From the NCBI GenBank assembly GCA_041174965.1, contig JBEDFU010000318.1:1-40055 (forward strand): DNA of 40,055 nt. The letters are read 5' to 3'. The notes under the pieces are model-generated. The model was not told the origin of the DNA. It saw only the letters and a program-made list of their open reading frames with translations, and did not search any database. A program made the translations under genes and the position numbers. The stretch is from Pseudomonadota bacterium. GTDB lineage: Bacteria > Pseudomonadota > Gammaproteobacteria > Burkholderiales > Burkholderiaceae_C. Shown piece by piece: positions 27,881 through 38,928 of the stretch; positions within the stretch are counted from its first letter, which is position 1, and every line of letters starts with the position of its first letter.

Positions 27881-28546
27881 TCAATGGGGCGGCGTGTCTG
27901 GTGTCGCAGGCTGGACCGTGTCGGCGGGCGCCTGTGGTTCAGCCTGCACCGGACGGGGCGGTTTGGGCCGGGGTGGTTTGCTGGTGTGGATGCGCTGGGT
28001 GGCGCGGGTGAAGTCGCCGCTGAGCAAGTCGTCCACCGCCGATAGGCTGCGCGCCACGCAAGCGTGGATCAGTTCACGCTGCTCAGGGCTGGGTTTTTTC
28101 AGCACCCAGTGAATCACCTCTGACTTCACCCCGGGGTGGCCAATGCCCAAGCGCAAGCGCCAGTAGGCGTCTGTGCCTAATTTGGCATGGATGTCACGCA
28201 AACCGTTGTGCCCCGCATGGCTACCCCCCAGCTTGAGCTTGGCCTCGCCGGGCACCACGTCAAGCTCGTCGTGCACAACCAAGACTTGCTCGGGTTCAAT
28301 TTTGTAAAAACGCGCCAGGGCAGCCACCGATGTGCCAGAGGCATTCATAAAGGTTTGCGGCTCCAACAACCAAAGGGTTTGGCCGTTGACTTGTGTGCGT
28401 GCCACCAAGCCTTGGTAACCCCGTTCATGTTGCAAATGCAGCTTGAGTTTTTGTGCGAGCGCATCAACCCACCAAAAACCGGCGTTGTGGCGGGTGTCTT
28501 GGTATTCGGGGCCAGGGTTGCCCAGGCCCACTATCAGTTTGATCAT
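27881..28546 (-). CDS. pth: Peptidyl-tRNA hydrolase
   Basis: Motifs 'LIVGLGNPG', 'TRHNAG', 'VHDELD', 'GHNGL' and 'RLRLGIGHP', with a Pro-rich C-terminal tail. Confidence 0.95.
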   Translation of the reverse strand: MIKLIVGLGNPGPEYQDTRHNAGFWWVDALAQKLKLHLQHERGYQGLVARTQVNGQTLWLLEPQTFMNASGTSVAALARFYKIEPEQVLVVHDELDVVPGEAKLKLGGSHAGHNGLRDIHAKLGTDAYWRLRLGIGHPGVKSEVIHWVLKKPSPEQRELIHACVARSLSAVDDLLSGDFTRATQRIHTSKPPRPKPPRPVQAEPQAPADTVQPATPDTPPH

Positions 28547-28569
28547 GGAGACATTATCTGACTGTGTAG

Positions 28570-28599
28570 AAAAACGGCCCACCGAGGTGGGCCGTTTTT
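28570..28599 (-). terminator. Intrinsic terminator after rplY
   Basis: Perfect inverted repeat AAAAACGGCCCACC-GA-GGTGGGCCGTTTTT. Confidence 0.88.
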
Positions 28600-28624
28600 G
28601 TGGACACAAGAAAAAGGAAGTGGA

Positions 28625-29236
28625 TTACTTCTTGCCGGCTGGCGCTGCGGGTGCAGCAGGGGCCGGGGTTTCTTCTGCGGCCACTGACACCACGGCCACC
28701 AGGACCGGGTTGTTTTTGCCACGCACCACAGCGCTCACGCCGTTGGGCAATGTGATGTCTTGCAAGTGCAACGAGTTGCCCTTTTTCAAACCGCTGAGAT
28801 CCACCGCGATGAACTCGGGCAGATCGGCAGGCAGACAGGACACTTCAATCTCGGTCAACACATGGTTGATCAAGCAAGCGTCAGCCTTGACAGCGGGGGA
28901 GTTTTCTTGACCGCTGTAGTGCAAGGGCACCTTCATGTGCAGCTTGGTGTTGGCATCCACGCGTTGGAAATCGATGTGCAGCACCAGCGGCTTGAAGGGG
29001 TGGAACTGCACATCGCGCAGCAACACCTGGGCAGCTTGTTGGTTCAACTCCATCTCCAAAATGGTGGAGTGGAAAGCCTCTTTTTTCAAGGCGTGCCACA
29101 AGGCGTTGTGGTCGAGTTCGATCAGCTGGGGCTCGCCCTTACCGCCGTACACAATCCCTGGCGTGCGGCCAGTGATGCGCAGACGGCGGCTCGCACCCGT
29201 ACCCTGCTTGCTTCGCTCAAATGCGACAAATTTCAT
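28625..29236 (-). CDS. rplY: 50S ribosomal protein L25/general stress protein Ctc
   Basis: Motifs 'GTGASRRLR', 'PGIVYGG' and 'HIDFQRV'. AGGAG SD. Confidence 0.95.
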   Translation of the reverse strand: MKFVAFERSKQGTGASRRLRITGRTPGIVYGGKGEPQLIELDHNALWHALKKEAFHSTILEMELNQQAAQVLLRDVQFHPFKPLVLHIDFQRVDANTKLHMKVPLHYSGQENSPAVKADACLINHVLTEIEVSCLPADLPEFIAVDLSGLKKGNSLHLQDITLPNGVSAVVRGKNNPVLVAVVSVAAEETPAPAAPAAPAGKK

Positions 29237-29249
29237 GATGACTCCTGTG

Positions 29250-29276
29250 TGAATCCACCGCGACCAGTGGGATTCA
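29250..29276 (-). promoter_or_regulatory. rplY 5' leader hairpin (candidate L25 autoregulatory element)
   Basis: Minus-strand hairpin TGAATCCCAC-TGGTCGCG-GTGGATTCA sits immediately 5' of the SD. Its GGTCGC loop resembles proteobacterial rplY leaders as I recall them. Confidence 0.55.
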
Positions 29277-29281
29277 GGGTT

Positions 29282-29304
29282 AAAAAAAGGGCTGCGAACA
29301 ACCC
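29282..29304 (-). terminator. Putative intrinsic terminator/attenuator between prs and rplY
   Basis: Minus strand reads GGGTTG-TTCG-CAGCCC-TTTTTTT. Confidence 0.65.
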
Positions 29305-29333
29305 GCTGTTGAGTTCTTCGTCAGGGCAATGTT

Positions 29334-30308
29334 TTAAAACAATTGCTCCTGGTCGGAGAACAAACTCATCACCGACTCGCCTTTGGCAATGCGCTGGATC
29401 GTTTCGGCGATCAGTGCGGCCACCGAGAGTTGGCGGATTTTGGGGGATTGGGCGGCGCTCATGGTCAAGGGAATGGTGTTGGTGATCACCACCTCGTCCA
29501 AGGCACTGCCTTGGTTGATGCGCTCTATGGCCGGTCCCGAGAAAATGGGGTGGGTGCAATACGCATAAACTTTTTTGGCACCGCGCTCTTTGAGCACCTC
29601 GGCGGCTTTGACCAAGGTGCCTGCTGTGTCGATCATGTCGTCCATGATCACGCAGTTGCGCCCTTCGATCTCGCCAATCACGTGCATGACTTCGCTGACG
29701 TTGGCTTTGGGGCGGCGTTTGTCGATGATGGCCAAGTCGCAGCCGAGTTGTTTGGCCAAAGCGCGGGCGCGCACCACGCCACCGACATCGGGCGAGACCA
29801 CGATCAGGTCTTCGTAGCCTTTTTGACGCAAGTCGCCCAGCAACACCGGCGAGGCGTAAATATTGTCCACCGGGATGTCAAAAAAGCCCTGGATTTGGTC
29901 GGCGTGCAAATCCATGGTCAGGATGCGGGCCACACCCACGGTTTGCAGCAAGTTGGCCACCACTTTGGCCGAAATCGGCACGCGGGTGGATCGCGGGCGG
30001 CGGTCTTGGCGGGCATAGCCAAAGTAGGGGATCACGGCGCTGATGCGCTCGGCCGACGCGCGCTTGAGGGCGTCCACCATGATGAGCAATTCCATCAGGT
30101 TTTCATTGGTGGGGGCACAGGTGGGCTGAACCACAAACACATCGCGGGCGCGGACGTTTTGGTGCAATTCGACAGTGACTTCGCCGTCTGAGAAGCGGCC
30201 CACCGTGGCTGCCCCGAGTTCGATGCCCAAGTTTTCGGCAATTTCTGCGGCCAAGCTTGGGTTGGCATTGCCCGTGAAGACCATGAAATCAGATAGAGGG
30301 GTCGACAT
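29334..30308 (-). CDS. prs: Ribose-phosphate pyrophosphokinase
   Basis: Motifs 'FSDGE', 'YARQDR', '[11 protein letters not shown]', 'SPDVGG' and 'DDMIDTAGT'. Confidence 0.96.
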   Translation of the reverse strand: MSTPLSDFMVFTGNANPSLAAEIAENLGIELGAATVGRFSDGEVTVELHQNVRARDVFVVQPTCAPTNENLMELLIMVDALKRASAERISAVIPYFGYARQDRRPRSTRVPISAKVVANLLQTVGVARILTMDLHADQIQGFFDIPVDNIYASPVLLGDLRQKGYEDLIVVSPDVGGVVRARALAKQLGCDLAIIDKRRPKANVSEVMHVIGEIEGRNCVIMDDMIDTAGTLVKAAEVLKERGAKKVYAYCTHPIFSGPAIERINQGSALDEVVITNTIPLTMSAAQSPKIRQLSVAALIAETIQRIAKGESVMSLFSDQEQLF

Positions 30309-30407
30309 GATGATGTTGTTTGAAATACCGAATCGATGACCACCAACGCCACAACACCGCTGGCCTACGGTGTTGACCGTGACCCACGCGTGCCGCCTTA
30401 AAAACTT

Positions 30408-30484
30408 TGGCAGGGGAGGAAGGACTCGAACCCTCGCATGCCGGAATCAAAATCCGGTGCCTTGACCAACTTGGCGACTCCCCT
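30408..30484 (-). tRNA. tRNA-Gln (anticodon TTG)
   Basis: Reverse complement AGGGGAGTCGCCAAGTTGGTCAAGGCACCGGATTTTGATTCCGGCATGCGAGGGTTCGAGTCCTTCCTCCCCTGCCA, in the usual ispE-tRNA-Gln-prs position. Confidence 0.96.
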
Positions 30485-30515
30485 ACACGGGCAAAGGACC
30501 AAAACCCTTTGCCGA

Positions 30516-31361
30516 TCAATCTTTACCTAAAGCCCATGCTGCCAAGGGATGGGCTTTTAAATTGCGACACACCTTGATTTGCCAGCCTTGGGGTGTTTGT
30601 GGCCACTCCAGGTCGTGGGGCAGCAGGGCAAACACCGCACTTCCAGAACCGGTCATCCGAGCTTGCAACCCGAGCCGCGTGAGCCAATCCAGGGCCTGCG
30701 TGACTTCGGGGCACCACTTTTGGGCCACCGGCTGCAAATCGTTTCGACCAAAGCCAAAGCCTTGTGCAGCAAAGCCGGAGATTGTAGCAGGATCTGTGTC
30801 GCGTTTGAGGTCCGGATCCTTGAAGATCAAGGCGGTGTCCAGGCCCGCAGCCGGTTTGACGATGACAAATTGCGCCTCTGGCAGCTCGATCGGGGTGATG
30901 CGCTCGCCCACGCCTTCCACCCAGGCCGATTGGCCGTGCAAGAAAAAGGGCACATCCGCTCCCAGGGCCAAGGCAATGGGCAGCAATCGCTCCAGCGGCC
31001 AATGCAGTTGCCACAAGCGGTTGAGCGCCATCAAGGTGCTGGCGGCATCAGAGGAACCGCCGCCCATACCCGCCTGGGCGGGCAGGCGCTTGTCCAATGT
31101 GATGTGCGCGCCCATCGTGACACCTGAAGCGGCTTGCAGGGCCGTCGCGGCTTGCACACACAGGTCGTTGGGCGGCAGGGGTGGGCCCAAGTCGAGGCGG
31201 GTGATGGTAGATTTGGCGGTGGTTTCAATGTGCAAGCGGTCGCACCAATCGACCAGCATGAAGACCGATTGCAAAGCGTGATAACCATTGGGCATGCGAC
31301 CCACCACGTGCAAAAACAAATTGATTTTGGCCGGGGCCGCGATGTCGTAGAGCGCGCTCAT
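30516..31361 (-). CDS. ispE: 4-diphosphocytidyl-2-C-methyl-D-erythritol kinase
   Basis: Motifs 'APAKINLFLHV', 'KRLPAQAGMGGGSSDAA', 'GADVPFF' and 'MTGSGS'. Confidence 0.95.
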   Translation of the reverse strand: MSALYDIAAPAKINLFLHVVGRMPNGYHALQSVFMLVDWCDRLHIETTAKSTITRLDLGPPLPPNDLCVQAATALQAASGVTMGAHITLDKRLPAQAGMGGGSSDAASTLMALNRLWQLHWPLERLLPIALALGADVPFFLHGQSAWVEGVGERITPIELPEAQFVIVKPAAGLDTALIFKDPDLKRDTDPATISGFAAQGFGFGRNDLQPVAQKWCPEVTQALDWLTRLGLQARMTGSGSAVFALLPHDLEWPQTPQGWQIKVCRNLKAHPLAAWALGKD

Positions 31362-31828
31362 GGGCTGGGTGAAACCATCAAGGTCACGGCCGGTTCGGGT
31401 TGATGGCGCTTGGCGCTCCAGGGTCCAGCGGCGCCCGTTCGTTCGATGGTCCAGCCCGGCACGGCCAGGTCGCGGCCTGCCAACCATTCAAACAAAGCGG
31501 TCAAGGGCAAATCGGTTCCGGTGGCGGCTTGGGTCATTTCGGACAGGTTGGCAAATTTGCGGGTTTGGCCGTTTTGCAGCCATTGGGCCAGCCCCGGCGA
31601 CCAGCGCAACACCAGGCTGGCATGGCCCAGGGGTGAGAACAGGGTCAATTCACCTTCGTTGGCATTGCCCTCCAGTTCAAAGGCGGCTGAAACATGTTGA
31701 ACCGGGGTTTGGTGCACGGTCAGGCTCATGCGCCCTTGCCAAAAAGCGTCGCGTGGGAGTTGGGGGGGGAGGGTGCAAGCACCCAGCCACGCCAGCACAA
31801 ACAGCCCCAGCAACGCGCGTTTGATCAA
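31358..31828 (-). CDS. lolB: Outer-membrane lipoprotein LolB-like
   Basis: Lipobox LGAC with 'WQGRMSL', 'LFSPLG' and 'LPLTALFEWLAG', in the conserved position before ispE. Confidence 0.8.
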   Translation of the reverse strand: MIKRALLGLFVLAWLGACTLPPQLPRDAFWQGRMSLTVHQTPVQHVSAAFELEGNANEGELTLFSPLGHASLVLRWSPGLAQWLQNGQTRKFANLSEMTQAATGTDLPLTALFEWLAGRDLAVPGWTIERTGAAGPWSAKRHQPEPAVTLMVSPSP

Positions 31829-33552
31829 AGATCGACCTTCAATCGGCGCAAAGTCTCACGCAGGGTTTCGGTGTCGCCGCCTTTTTGCATCCCCTCACGC
31901 CAAATCTTCATGGCGTCATCACGTTGATTCAGTTGCCACAGCACCTCGCCCATGTGGGCTGCAATCTCGGGATCGGATTGGCTGGCGTAGGCCTTTTTCA
32001 ACAAGGCCAAGGCCACGGGTAAATTGCCCAAGCGAAACTCCACCCAGCCCAGGCTGTCGGTGATGGCGGGATCGTTGGGTGCCAGCTCCAGGGCGCGCAC
32101 GATCAGTTGCTTGGCTTCACCCAAACGCAAATTTCGATCGGCCAAGGAATAGCCCAAGGCGTTGTAGGCATGGGGTTGCTCGGGCAGGCGCCGGATCAAC
32201 TCGCGCAAACGCTGCTCCATGTCGTCAAGGCGATTGAGTTTTTCGTCCAACATGGCCAGCTCATAAAGCATGTCGTTGTCTTGGGGGTCGCGCAAAACCG
32301 CCATGCTGAGCAACTCGTGTGCTGCCAAGAATTGCTTGCTGTCGCGCAGCAGTTTGACTTCGGCCAAGAGTTTCCCCCGGGCTTGGCTGGCGTTTTCAAC
32401 GCGCAGGTTTTGGATCAAGCTGCGCGCTTCGCTGAGTTTGCCTTGGCGGGCCAGCAATTGGGCGCGTCGGCTTTGCGCTTGCAGGACAAAGTCAGGATGC
32501 TCAATCTTTTGCAGCCATTCCTGTGCGCGCGTTTCATCCAGGCGCTTCTCGGCCACCTGGGCCAGACCGAGGTAAGCCTGAGCCAAGCCGCGCTGCGATG
32601 GATTGGCCTGGGTTTGCACCAGGCCCAAATAGCGTTGCAAAGCCACTTCGGCGGCCTCGGGTCGGTTTTCATCCGCATGCAACAAGCCCAGCATCAGCCA
32701 AGCCTGTGGTACCTGCGGTTGCGACTGCGTCATGTCCTGCAGTTGGCCCAACGCTGAAGCGTACTGCTTGTTTTCCAGTTGCCATTGGATCAGGCTGAGT
32801 CGGAGTTCGGGCTGCGTCACTTTGGTCAAGGACAGATTCAACAAATCCATCGCGGCCGGGACATTTTTTTCAACCAGATCCAAGGCCAACAACCCTGGGC
32901 CCATGGCGCTGGGCTCGGCTTGGTAGGCTTTTTGGGCCGCATCCAAAGCCCCTGATGTGTCACCGGCATTGAGCCGCACCCTCCCCACACTGGTCCAAGC
33001 CGCAGCGGCGGTGGTTGAGGTTTGAAGATAAGGTGCAATGGCCTGTTCCAAAATAGAAACGGCCTTTTTTTTGTCGCTCACCTGTGCCAAATGCCGGTGC
33101 AGGTTGGCCAGGGCCATGTTTCGCTCCTCGGCCGGGGCCAGGTCGACTTCGGCGCGCAAAGGCTCTGCTGCGTCGCCCACGCGGTTGAGTGCCAACAAGA
33201 TTTGCAAGGTGTACAAGTTGGCCTGGCGCGAAGAGGGATTGGCGCGCTTCCAAGCCCTGGCCGCTTGCAAGGCTGCCTCACCCGAGCGTGACTGCAAAGC
33301 CACATCAACGGCCCTTTGGTAGAGGCGGACATCGTTGACTTTGGTGGCTGCATCCAGCAGCAAAGAAAAGGCTGCTCCAGGGTTGTTTTGGCGGGCGTTG
33401 AGTTCGCCCAGCAAGACCTCATAAAAGGCTTCGGCCATCAGGGCCGATTGCTGGCGGTTTTGGGCCGGGTTTCGGCCTGTGGCGGTTTGGCCCCAGGCGA
33501 GAGTGGATCCAGCCAACAAAATGCACAAGGTCCAGCGCGCTGATTTTTTCAT
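31825..33552 (-). CDS. Exported tetratricopeptide-repeat protein
   Basis: Signal peptide and helical repeats, with C-terminal '[13 protein letters not shown]', '[11 protein letters not shown]' and '[11 protein letters not shown]'. Confidence 0.85.
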   Translation of the reverse strand: MKKSARWTLCILLAGSTLAWGQTATGRNPAQNRQQSALMAEAFYEVLLGELNARQNNPGAAFSLLLDAATKVNDVRLYQRAVDVALQSRSGEAALQAARAWKRANPSSRQANLYTLQILLALNRVGDAAEPLRAEVDLAPAEERNMALANLHRHLAQVSDKKKAVSILEQAIAPYLQTSTTAAAAWTSVGRVRLNAGDTSGALDAAQKAYQAEPSAMGPGLLALDLVEKNVPAAMDLLNLSLTKVTQPELRLSLIQWQLENKQYASALGQLQDMTQSQPQVPQAWLMLGLLHADENRPEAAEVALQRYLGLVQTQANPSQRGLAQAYLGLAQVAEKRLDETRAQEWLQKIEHPDFVLQAQSRRAQLLARQGKLSEARSLIQNLRVENASQARGKLLAEVKLLRDSKQFLAAHELLSMAVLRDPQDNDMLYELAMLDEKLNRLDDMEQRLRELIRRLPEQPHAYNALGYSLADRNLRLGEAKQLIVRALELAPNDPAITDSLGWVEFRLGNLPVALALLKKAYASQSDPEIAAHMGEVLWQLNQRDDAMKIWREGMQKGGDTETLRETLRRLKVDL

Positions 33553-33558
33553 CCACAG

Positions 33559-33566
33559 ATGATAAT
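33559..33566. promoter_or_regulatory. Putative bidirectional -10 element between the TPR gene and mutM
   Basis: ATGATAAT reads TATCAT on - (6 nt before ATG 33552) and GATAAT on + (27 nt before the mutM ATG). Confidence 0.5.
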
Positions 33567-33593
33567 CGCAGCTTTGCTTTTGCTGCTGCGCTC

Positions 33594-34409
33594 ATGCCCG
33601 AATTACCCGAAGTTGAAGTCACCCGCATGGGATTGGCGGCCCCCCTGACAGGGGCCCGCATTGAGGCGGTTTACATGGGCAAACCCTTGCGCTGGCCGTT
33701 GCAGTGTCTGCCCCAGAGTTTGGTCGGGCGCACGATTTTGGGTGTACGTCGCCGCGGTAAGTATTTGTTGATGGACCTCAGTGAGGGTCTTTTGTTGTGG
33801 CATTTGGGCATGTCCGGCAGCTTGCGCGTGTGGCCGCGCCGGCCCGAACCCGGGCTGCATGACCACTTTGACTTGGTCACATCAAACGGTTGTTTGCGTT
33901 TGAACGATCCGCGCCGTTTTGGCGCTGTGGTCTATGCCCCAGGCCAAGACAGCCCGCAAGCCCAGCAATTGCTCGGCCACTTGGGGGTGGAGCCTTTGGA
34001 GCCGGGTTTCGAGCCCTCATCCTTCTATCAGGCCTTGCACCAGCGGCGAACGGCCATCAAGCCCTTGCTGCTGGGCGGCGCTGTGGTGGTGGGGGTGGGG
34101 AACATCTATGCATGCGAAGCCTTGTTCATGGCCGGCATTCGGCCCACGCTCTCGGCCCAGCGCATCAGCCGGGTGCGGGCCACGGCTTTGCATGCGGCCA
34201 TTCAACAGGTCTTGTCCCGCGCCATTGCGATTGGCGGCAGCAGCCTGCGTGACTTCAGCGGCACCGAGGGACAAAGCGGCTACTTCCAGCTGGAAACCAA
34301 GGTCTATGACCGCGAGGGCTTGCCTTGCCGCGACTGCGGCACCATCATCCGTCGGCGGGTTCAAGGGCAGCGCTCGACGTTTTATTGCCCTCAATGCCAG
34401 CGCGCATAA
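33594..34409 (+). CDS. mutM: Formamidopyrimidine-DNA glycosylase
   Basis: 'MPELPEVE', 'RRGKY', 'HLGMSG', 'GVGNIYACE' and a C-terminal Zn finger CRDC...CPQC. Confidence 0.96.
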   Translation: MPELPEVEVTRMGLAAPLTGARIEAVYMGKPLRWPLQCLPQSLVGRTILGVRRRGKYLLMDLSEGLLLWHLGMSGSLRVWPRRPEPGLHDHFDLVTSNGCLRLNDPRRFGAVVYAPGQDSPQAQQLLGHLGVEPLEPGFEPSSFYQALHQRRTAIKPLLLGGAVVVGVGNIYACEALFMAGIRPTLSAQRISRVRATALHAAIQQVLSRAIAIGGSSLRDFSGTEGQSGYFQLETKVYDREGLPCRDCGTIIRRRVQGQRSTFYCPQCQRA

Positions 34410-34412
34410 GCC

Positions 34413-35450
34413 ATGTCCGTTGACCTGACCCACTTTGCCCCACAGCTGATCAAGTGGCAGCGGCAACATGGTCGCCATGACCTTCCCTGGCAAAAAAGCC
34501 TAGAGCCCTACCCGGTGTGGTTGTCGGAAATCATGTTGCAGCAAACCCAGGTCAGCACGGTCAAAGCCTATTACGAGCGATTTTTAAGTCGCTGGCCCCG
34601 GGTAGAGGATTTGGCCGCAGCAGAACTTGACGAGGTCATGGGCTTGTGGAGCGGGTTGGGCTATTACAGCCGTGCTCGCATGCTGCACCGCTGCGCCCAA
34701 ACTGTGGTGCGAGAGCATGCGGGCCACTTTCCCAACGACATGGCCGCGTTGCAAAAGCTGCCCGGCATTGGCCCCTCGACTGCGGCGGCCATTGCTTCAT
34801 TGTGTTTCGGTCAAGCGGTGTCCATCATGGACGGCAATGTGCGCCGGGTGCTCACCCGGCTGCTGGCCTTTGATGAAGATCTGGCCTTGTCCTCTGCGCA
34901 AAAAAACCTGAACCGGCACGCCCATGCCTTGTTGCCCCAAGGGCGCTGGGTCAAATCCATGCACCAGTACACCCAAGGTTTGATGGACTTGGGCGCCACG
35001 GTGTGCCACAGCCGCCAACCCGATTGCGACCAATGCCCGGTGCGCTCCATTTGCCAAGGCCATGCCAGCGGGGTGCCCACGGCATTTCCGCGCAAAACCC
35101 GCAAATTGGTGCGCCGTTCACAGGCGTGGTGGTTGCTGTTGTTGCGCACGCCCGAGGGTGCCGTGTGGTTGCGCAAGCGGCCCGCCAGCGGCATTTGGGC
35201 CGGTTTGTATGGTCCACCCGTGTTTGACAGCGAAGCTCTGGCGATGGCAGCCATCCCTTTGGGTTGGCAAAAAAACACAGACGTTCATGCGCCTTTTGTG
35301 CATGTGCTCACCCATCGAGATTTGCACTTGCATCCGATGTGGCTGACGGTCCCCGCCACTACCCGCTGGGGCGAAGGGCAGTGGTGGGCTGCAGATGCCT
35401 GGCCCCAGCTGGGCCTGGCAGCACCGTTGCGTCGTTTGTTGCTTGGTTGA
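34413..35450 (+). CDS. mutY: A/G-specific adenine glycosylase
   Basis: 'WLSEIMLQQTQV', 'WSGLGYYSRAR', HhH 'LPGIG', 'DGNVRRV' and the 4Fe-4S motif C-X6-C-X2-C-X5-C. Confidence 0.94.
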   Translation: MSVDLTHFAPQLIKWQRQHGRHDLPWQKSLEPYPVWLSEIMLQQTQVSTVKAYYERFLSRWPRVEDLAAAELDEVMGLWSGLGYYSRARMLHRCAQTVVREHAGHFPNDMAALQKLPGIGPSTAAAIASLCFGQAVSIMDGNVRRVLTRLLAFDEDLALSSAQKNLNRHAHALLPQGRWVKSMHQYTQGLMDLGATVCHSRQPDCDQCPVRSICQGHASGVPTAFPRKTRKLVRRSQAWWLLLLRTPEGAVWLRKRPASGIWAGLYGPPVFDSEALAMAAIPLGWQKNTDVHAPFVHVLTHRDLHLHPMWLTVPATTRWGEGQWWAADAWPQLGLAAPLRRLLLG

Positions 35451-35453
35451 AGC

Positions 35454-36341
35454 TCAGGCCTTGTCAGCTTGCTCGCGGTGCCGCGACAGGGTGACCCAAT
35501 CGGTGTGAAAGCGCTGGGCCAATTGCTCAACCATGTAAACCGATCGGTGTTGGCCGCCGGTGCAACCAATGGCCACGGTCACATAGCTGCGGTGGTCCTG
35601 GTTGAGAGAGGGCAACCAGTCCCGCAAAAAACGCTCAATGTCATCAGCCATGCGCTTCACGGTGGCGTGTTGCTCAAGCCAATCCATCACGGGCCCATCG
35701 CGCCCGCTCAGATCGCGCAGCTCATTTTCGTAATGGGGATTGGGCAACATGCGCATATCAAACACAAAGTCGGCATGCATGGGGATGCCGCGCTTAAAGG
35801 CGAATGATTCGAACATCAGTGTCAGCTTGGCCGCTGGTGCGGAGATCAATGACTTGACGTAGCTTTGAAGCTTGGCGCTGCGCAGGTGGCTGGTGTCAAT
35901 GATGTGGGCTTTGTCGCGCAAGTCCACCAACAGCTGGCGTTCCAGTTCAATGGACTCGATCAAGTTGCGCTCAATATCGGGGTCCACGCTGAGGGCATCG
36001 TTGCGCGACAGCGGGTGACGGCGGCGGGTTTCTGAGTAGCGCTGAACCAAGGTGTCGGTGCTGGCATCCAAAAAAAGCATGCGCACATCGACATCTTTTT
36101 GGCGCACCAAATCCAGCTCTTGCGGCAGCAGTGGCAGCGAGGCGGCACTGCGCACATCCATGGCAATGGCGATGCGCTTTTCCTTGCGCTTTTGCTCAAG
36201 CTGTACAAACGAGCGCAGCAGTTCGGGCGGCAAATTGTCCACACACAAATAACCCGCATCCTCCAAGGCGTGCAGCGCCACCGATTTGCCCGATCCGGAC
36301 ATGCCGGTGATGAGCACCAACTCTTGCCGCAGCTTCTTCAT
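35454..36341 (-). CDS. rapZ: RNase adapter RapZ (YhbJ) family P-loop protein
   Basis: Motifs '[10 protein letters not shown]', 'CVDNLP', '[11 protein letters not shown]', 'LPNPHY' and '[10 protein letters not shown]'. Confidence 0.92.
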   Translation of the reverse strand: MKKLRQELVLITGMSGSGKSVALHALEDAGYLCVDNLPPELLRSFVQLEQKRKEKRIAIAMDVRSAASLPLLPQELDLVRQKDVDVRMLFLDASTDTLVQRYSETRRRHPLSRNDALSVDPDIERNLIESIELERQLLVDLRDKAHIIDTSHLRSAKLQSYVKSLISAPAAKLTLMFESFAFKRGIPMHADFVFDMRMLPNPHYENELRDLSGRDGPVMDWLEQHATVKRMADDIERFLRDWLPSLNQDHRSYVTVAIGCTGGQHRSVYMVEQLAQRFHTDWVTLSRHREQADKA

Positions 36342-38002
36342 GCCCCACCGCCAGCGCTGAGGTTTTGCAGCATCTCTTGTGCGTGGGCCAAGGATGTGGC
36401 GGAGCGCTTGTCGCCGCCGAGCATGCGGGCAATCTCTTGCACCCGATCGTTGTCCGTGACCGCTTGCAGCTGGCTGAAGCTGCCACTTTTGTCGCTGCGC
36501 TTGGTGACCACCCAGTGGTGGTGGGCGCATGCAGCGACCTGCGGCAAATGGGTGACGGCCAGCACTTGGCGGTCGGCACCGAGTTGCTGCATCAATCGAC
36601 CCACGGTTTCGGCCACCGCGCCACCGACCCCTGAATCGACCTCATCAAAGATCAAGGTCTGGGCCTGCCCCAGCGCGCTGGTGGTCACCGCAATCGCCAA
36701 AGCGATGCGAGACAACTCGCCACCAGAGGCGACTTTGCCCACCGGCCTAGGGGTGCTGCCTGCATGCCCGGCCACCAAAAAAACCACTTCTTCCAAGCCG
36801 CTGGATTGGCCTTGGGGCAATTTGTTCAAGGCCACTTCAAAACTGCCGCCTTGCATCCCCAGGCCTTGCATGGCTTGGGTGATGGCCTTGGCCAATTTGG
36901 GCGCGCTGCGCCCGCGCGCTTGAGAGACCCGTTTGGCCTCTGTTTGGTAGGCTTGGGCCGCAGCTTGTTGGGCCTTTTCCAGCGTGGCCAAGTCGCTGGC
37001 CAACTCCAGTTTTTTTAATTCAGCACGCCAAGACAGCAGCAAGCCAGCCAAATCAGCCGGCGCACGTTTGTAGCGACGGGCCAAAGACATCCACAGGCCC
37101 ATCCGCTCATCCAGGATTTGCAGGCGTTGCGGGTCCAGGTCGGTGCGGCGCAACCAACTTTGCAAGGTGTGGGCGGCGTCCGAGGCTTGCGCCAAGCTCG
37201 AGGCCAAGACATCGGCCACATTTTGAAACTCAGGTTCAACTTGGCTCTGCTCAAGCATGAGGTGCTGCGCTTTGGACAGCTGTGCCAGCGTGCCTTGCTC
37301 GTCGCCATCGAGCTCGTGCAAGGCTTGTTGGGCCGCATCGAGCAAGGCTTGCGCATGGCTTAGGCGGGTGTGATCGGCATTGAGCGTTTCCCACTCATCG
37401 GGCAAGGGGTTGAGTTTTTCCAACTCAGAAATTTGCCATTCCAAGCGTTCACGCTCTTGGACCAAGTTGGATTGGGCCAGTTTGGCTTGCTCCAGGGCCA
37501 GTTGGCTGGCGCGCCATTCTTGCCACAGGACTGCCAAGGCTTTGGTGTCAATGCCGCCGTAGGCGTCGAGCAAGCCGCGCACCGCATCGGGTCTGGTGAG
37601 GCTTTGCCAGGCATGTTGGCCATGGATGTCGACCAAGCAATCGCCGACCTCGCGCAGTTGGGTGGCGGTGGCGGCGCTGCCATTGATCCAGGCCCGGCTT
37701 TTGCCTTGCGCGTCAATGGTTCGTTTGAGCAGCAAGGTGTCACTGGCATCGAAGCCAGCGTCACTCAACCACTGCTGCAATGGTGCTGAGATGTCGAATT
37801 CGGCACTGATTTCACACCGGGTTGCACCTTCGCGCACCACGCTGGCTTCAGCACGTGCTCCCAAGGCCAACTGCAAGGCATCAATCAAAATGGATTTGCC
37901 CGCGCCCGTCTCACCCGTGAGCACACTCAGGCCCGATGAAAACTCCAGGTCCAGGCTGCGCACAATCACAAAATCGCGCAAACCCATGGCGCGCAGGCTC
38001 AT
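36338..38002 (-). CDS. recN: DNA repair protein RecN
   Basis: Walker A 'GETGAGKS', 'VDIHGQH', signature 'ASGGELSR', '[11 protein letters not shown]' and 'VTHLPQVA'. Confidence 0.95.
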   Translation of the reverse strand: MSLRAMGLRDFVIVRSLDLEFSSGLSVLTGETGAGKSILIDALQLALGARAEASVVREGATRCEISAEFDISAPLQQWLSDAGFDASDTLLLKRTIDAQGKSRAWINGSAATATQLREVGDCLVDIHGQHAWQSLTRPDAVRGLLDAYGGIDTKALAVLWQEWRASQLALEQAKLAQSNLVQERERLEWQISELEKLNPLPDEWETLNADHTRLSHAQALLDAAQQALHELDGDEQGTLAQLSKAQHLMLEQSQVEPEFQNVADVLASSLAQASDAAHTLQSWLRRTDLDPQRLQILDERMGLWMSLARRYKRAPADLAGLLLSWRAELKKLELASDLATLEKAQQAAAQAYQTEAKRVSQARGRSAPKLAKAITQAMQGLGMQGGSFEVALNKLPQGQSSGLEEVVFLVAGHAGSTPRPVGKVASGGELSRIALAIAVTTSALGQAQTLIFDEVDSGVGGAVAETVGRLMQQLGADRQVLAVTHLPQVAACAHHHWVVTKRSDKSGSFSQLQAVTDNDRVQEIARMLGGDKRSATSLAHAQEMLQNLSAGGGA

Positions 38003-38895
38003 GCTCCCCCCTCGTTCCAATGCAGTTTTTTGCGCAAGGTGTCAAAGTAACTCCAACCCTTGGGGTGCAAGAAAGTCACTTGGTGCTGTGAGCGCCGCAC
38101 CGTGATGCGGTCGCCGTGCAGCAGTTTGGCCAGCGACTGCATGTCAAAGTTGGCGCTGGCGTCGCGCCCGGACACCAATTCCACCGCAATTTCACCCGGA
38201 TCGGCCAGCACGATGGGGCGGTTGGACAAGGTGTGTGGCGCAATGGGCACCAGCGCCCAGCCCGACAACGCGGGGTGGAGCACCGGCCCGCCCGCCGACA
38301 AAGCGTATGCAGTGGAGCCCGTGGGCGAGGCAATGATCAAACCATCTGCCCGCTGATTGGCCACAAAGTGGCCATCCACCTCGACCCGCAGCTCCACCAT
38401 GCCCGAGGTGGCACCGCGGTTGACCACCACATCGTTCATGGCCAAGGCGTCAAAAACACAAACCCCATCGCGCCACACCTTGGCATGCATCAAGGGACGC
38501 TGGTCCACCTCATACAAGCCCTCCAGCATGGGGGTCAAGGTGGCTTGGTAGCCATCCAGGGCGATGTCGGTGATGAAGCCCAGCCGGCCTTGGTTGATGC
38601 CAATCAAGGGCACGCCCGCCGCGGCCAAGCGCCGACCAAAGCTGAGCATCGTGCCGTCACCGCCCACCACCAAGGCCACATCGCAGTGCTGGGCAATGCC
38701 GTCCACATCCAGGGTGCGCAAGCCTTTCAGGCCGGTGTGGTTGGCGGTTTCTTGTTCCAGGCAAACGCTGCAGCCCAGCTGGGTCAGAAAGTGGGCGATG
38801 TCTTGTAAAACATCGCGCACGCCGGACAGCTGGGTGGTGCTTTGGGGATTGGGGTATTTACCAATCAGGGCGATTTGTTGAAAGCGAATGGGCAT
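37999..38895 (-). CDS. nadK: NAD kinase
   Basis: Motifs 'GGDGT', 'GINQGRLGF', 'NDVV' and '[21 protein letters not shown]'. Confidence 0.95.
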   Translation of the reverse strand: MPIRFQQIALIGKYPNPQSTTQLSGVRDVLQDIAHFLTQLGCSVCLEQETANHTGLKGLRTLDVDGIAQHCDVALVVGGDGTMLSFGRRLAAAGVPLIGINQGRLGFITDIALDGYQATLTPMLEGLYEVDQRPLMHAKVWRDGVCVFDALAMNDVVVNRGATSGMVELRVEVDGHFVANQRADGLIIASPTGSTAYALSAGGPVLHPALSGWALVPIAPHTLSNRPIVLADPGEIAVELVSGRDASANFDMQSLAKLLHGDRITVRRSQHQVTFLHPKGWSYFDTLRKKLHWNEGGA

Positions 38896-38928
38896 GGGGA
38901 AATTACATCATTAAAATCATTCGAAATC

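Noticed and set aside
27881-27990. Pro-rich C-terminal tail of Pth
   Set aside because: It is a low-complexity extension with no DNA-level repeat or domain signal.
30352-30375. CAACACCG-N8-CGGTGTTG hairpin after tRNA-Gln
   Set aside because: It has no U-tract and no second copy in the window. It is most simply a processing or stability hairpin, not an att site or REP element.
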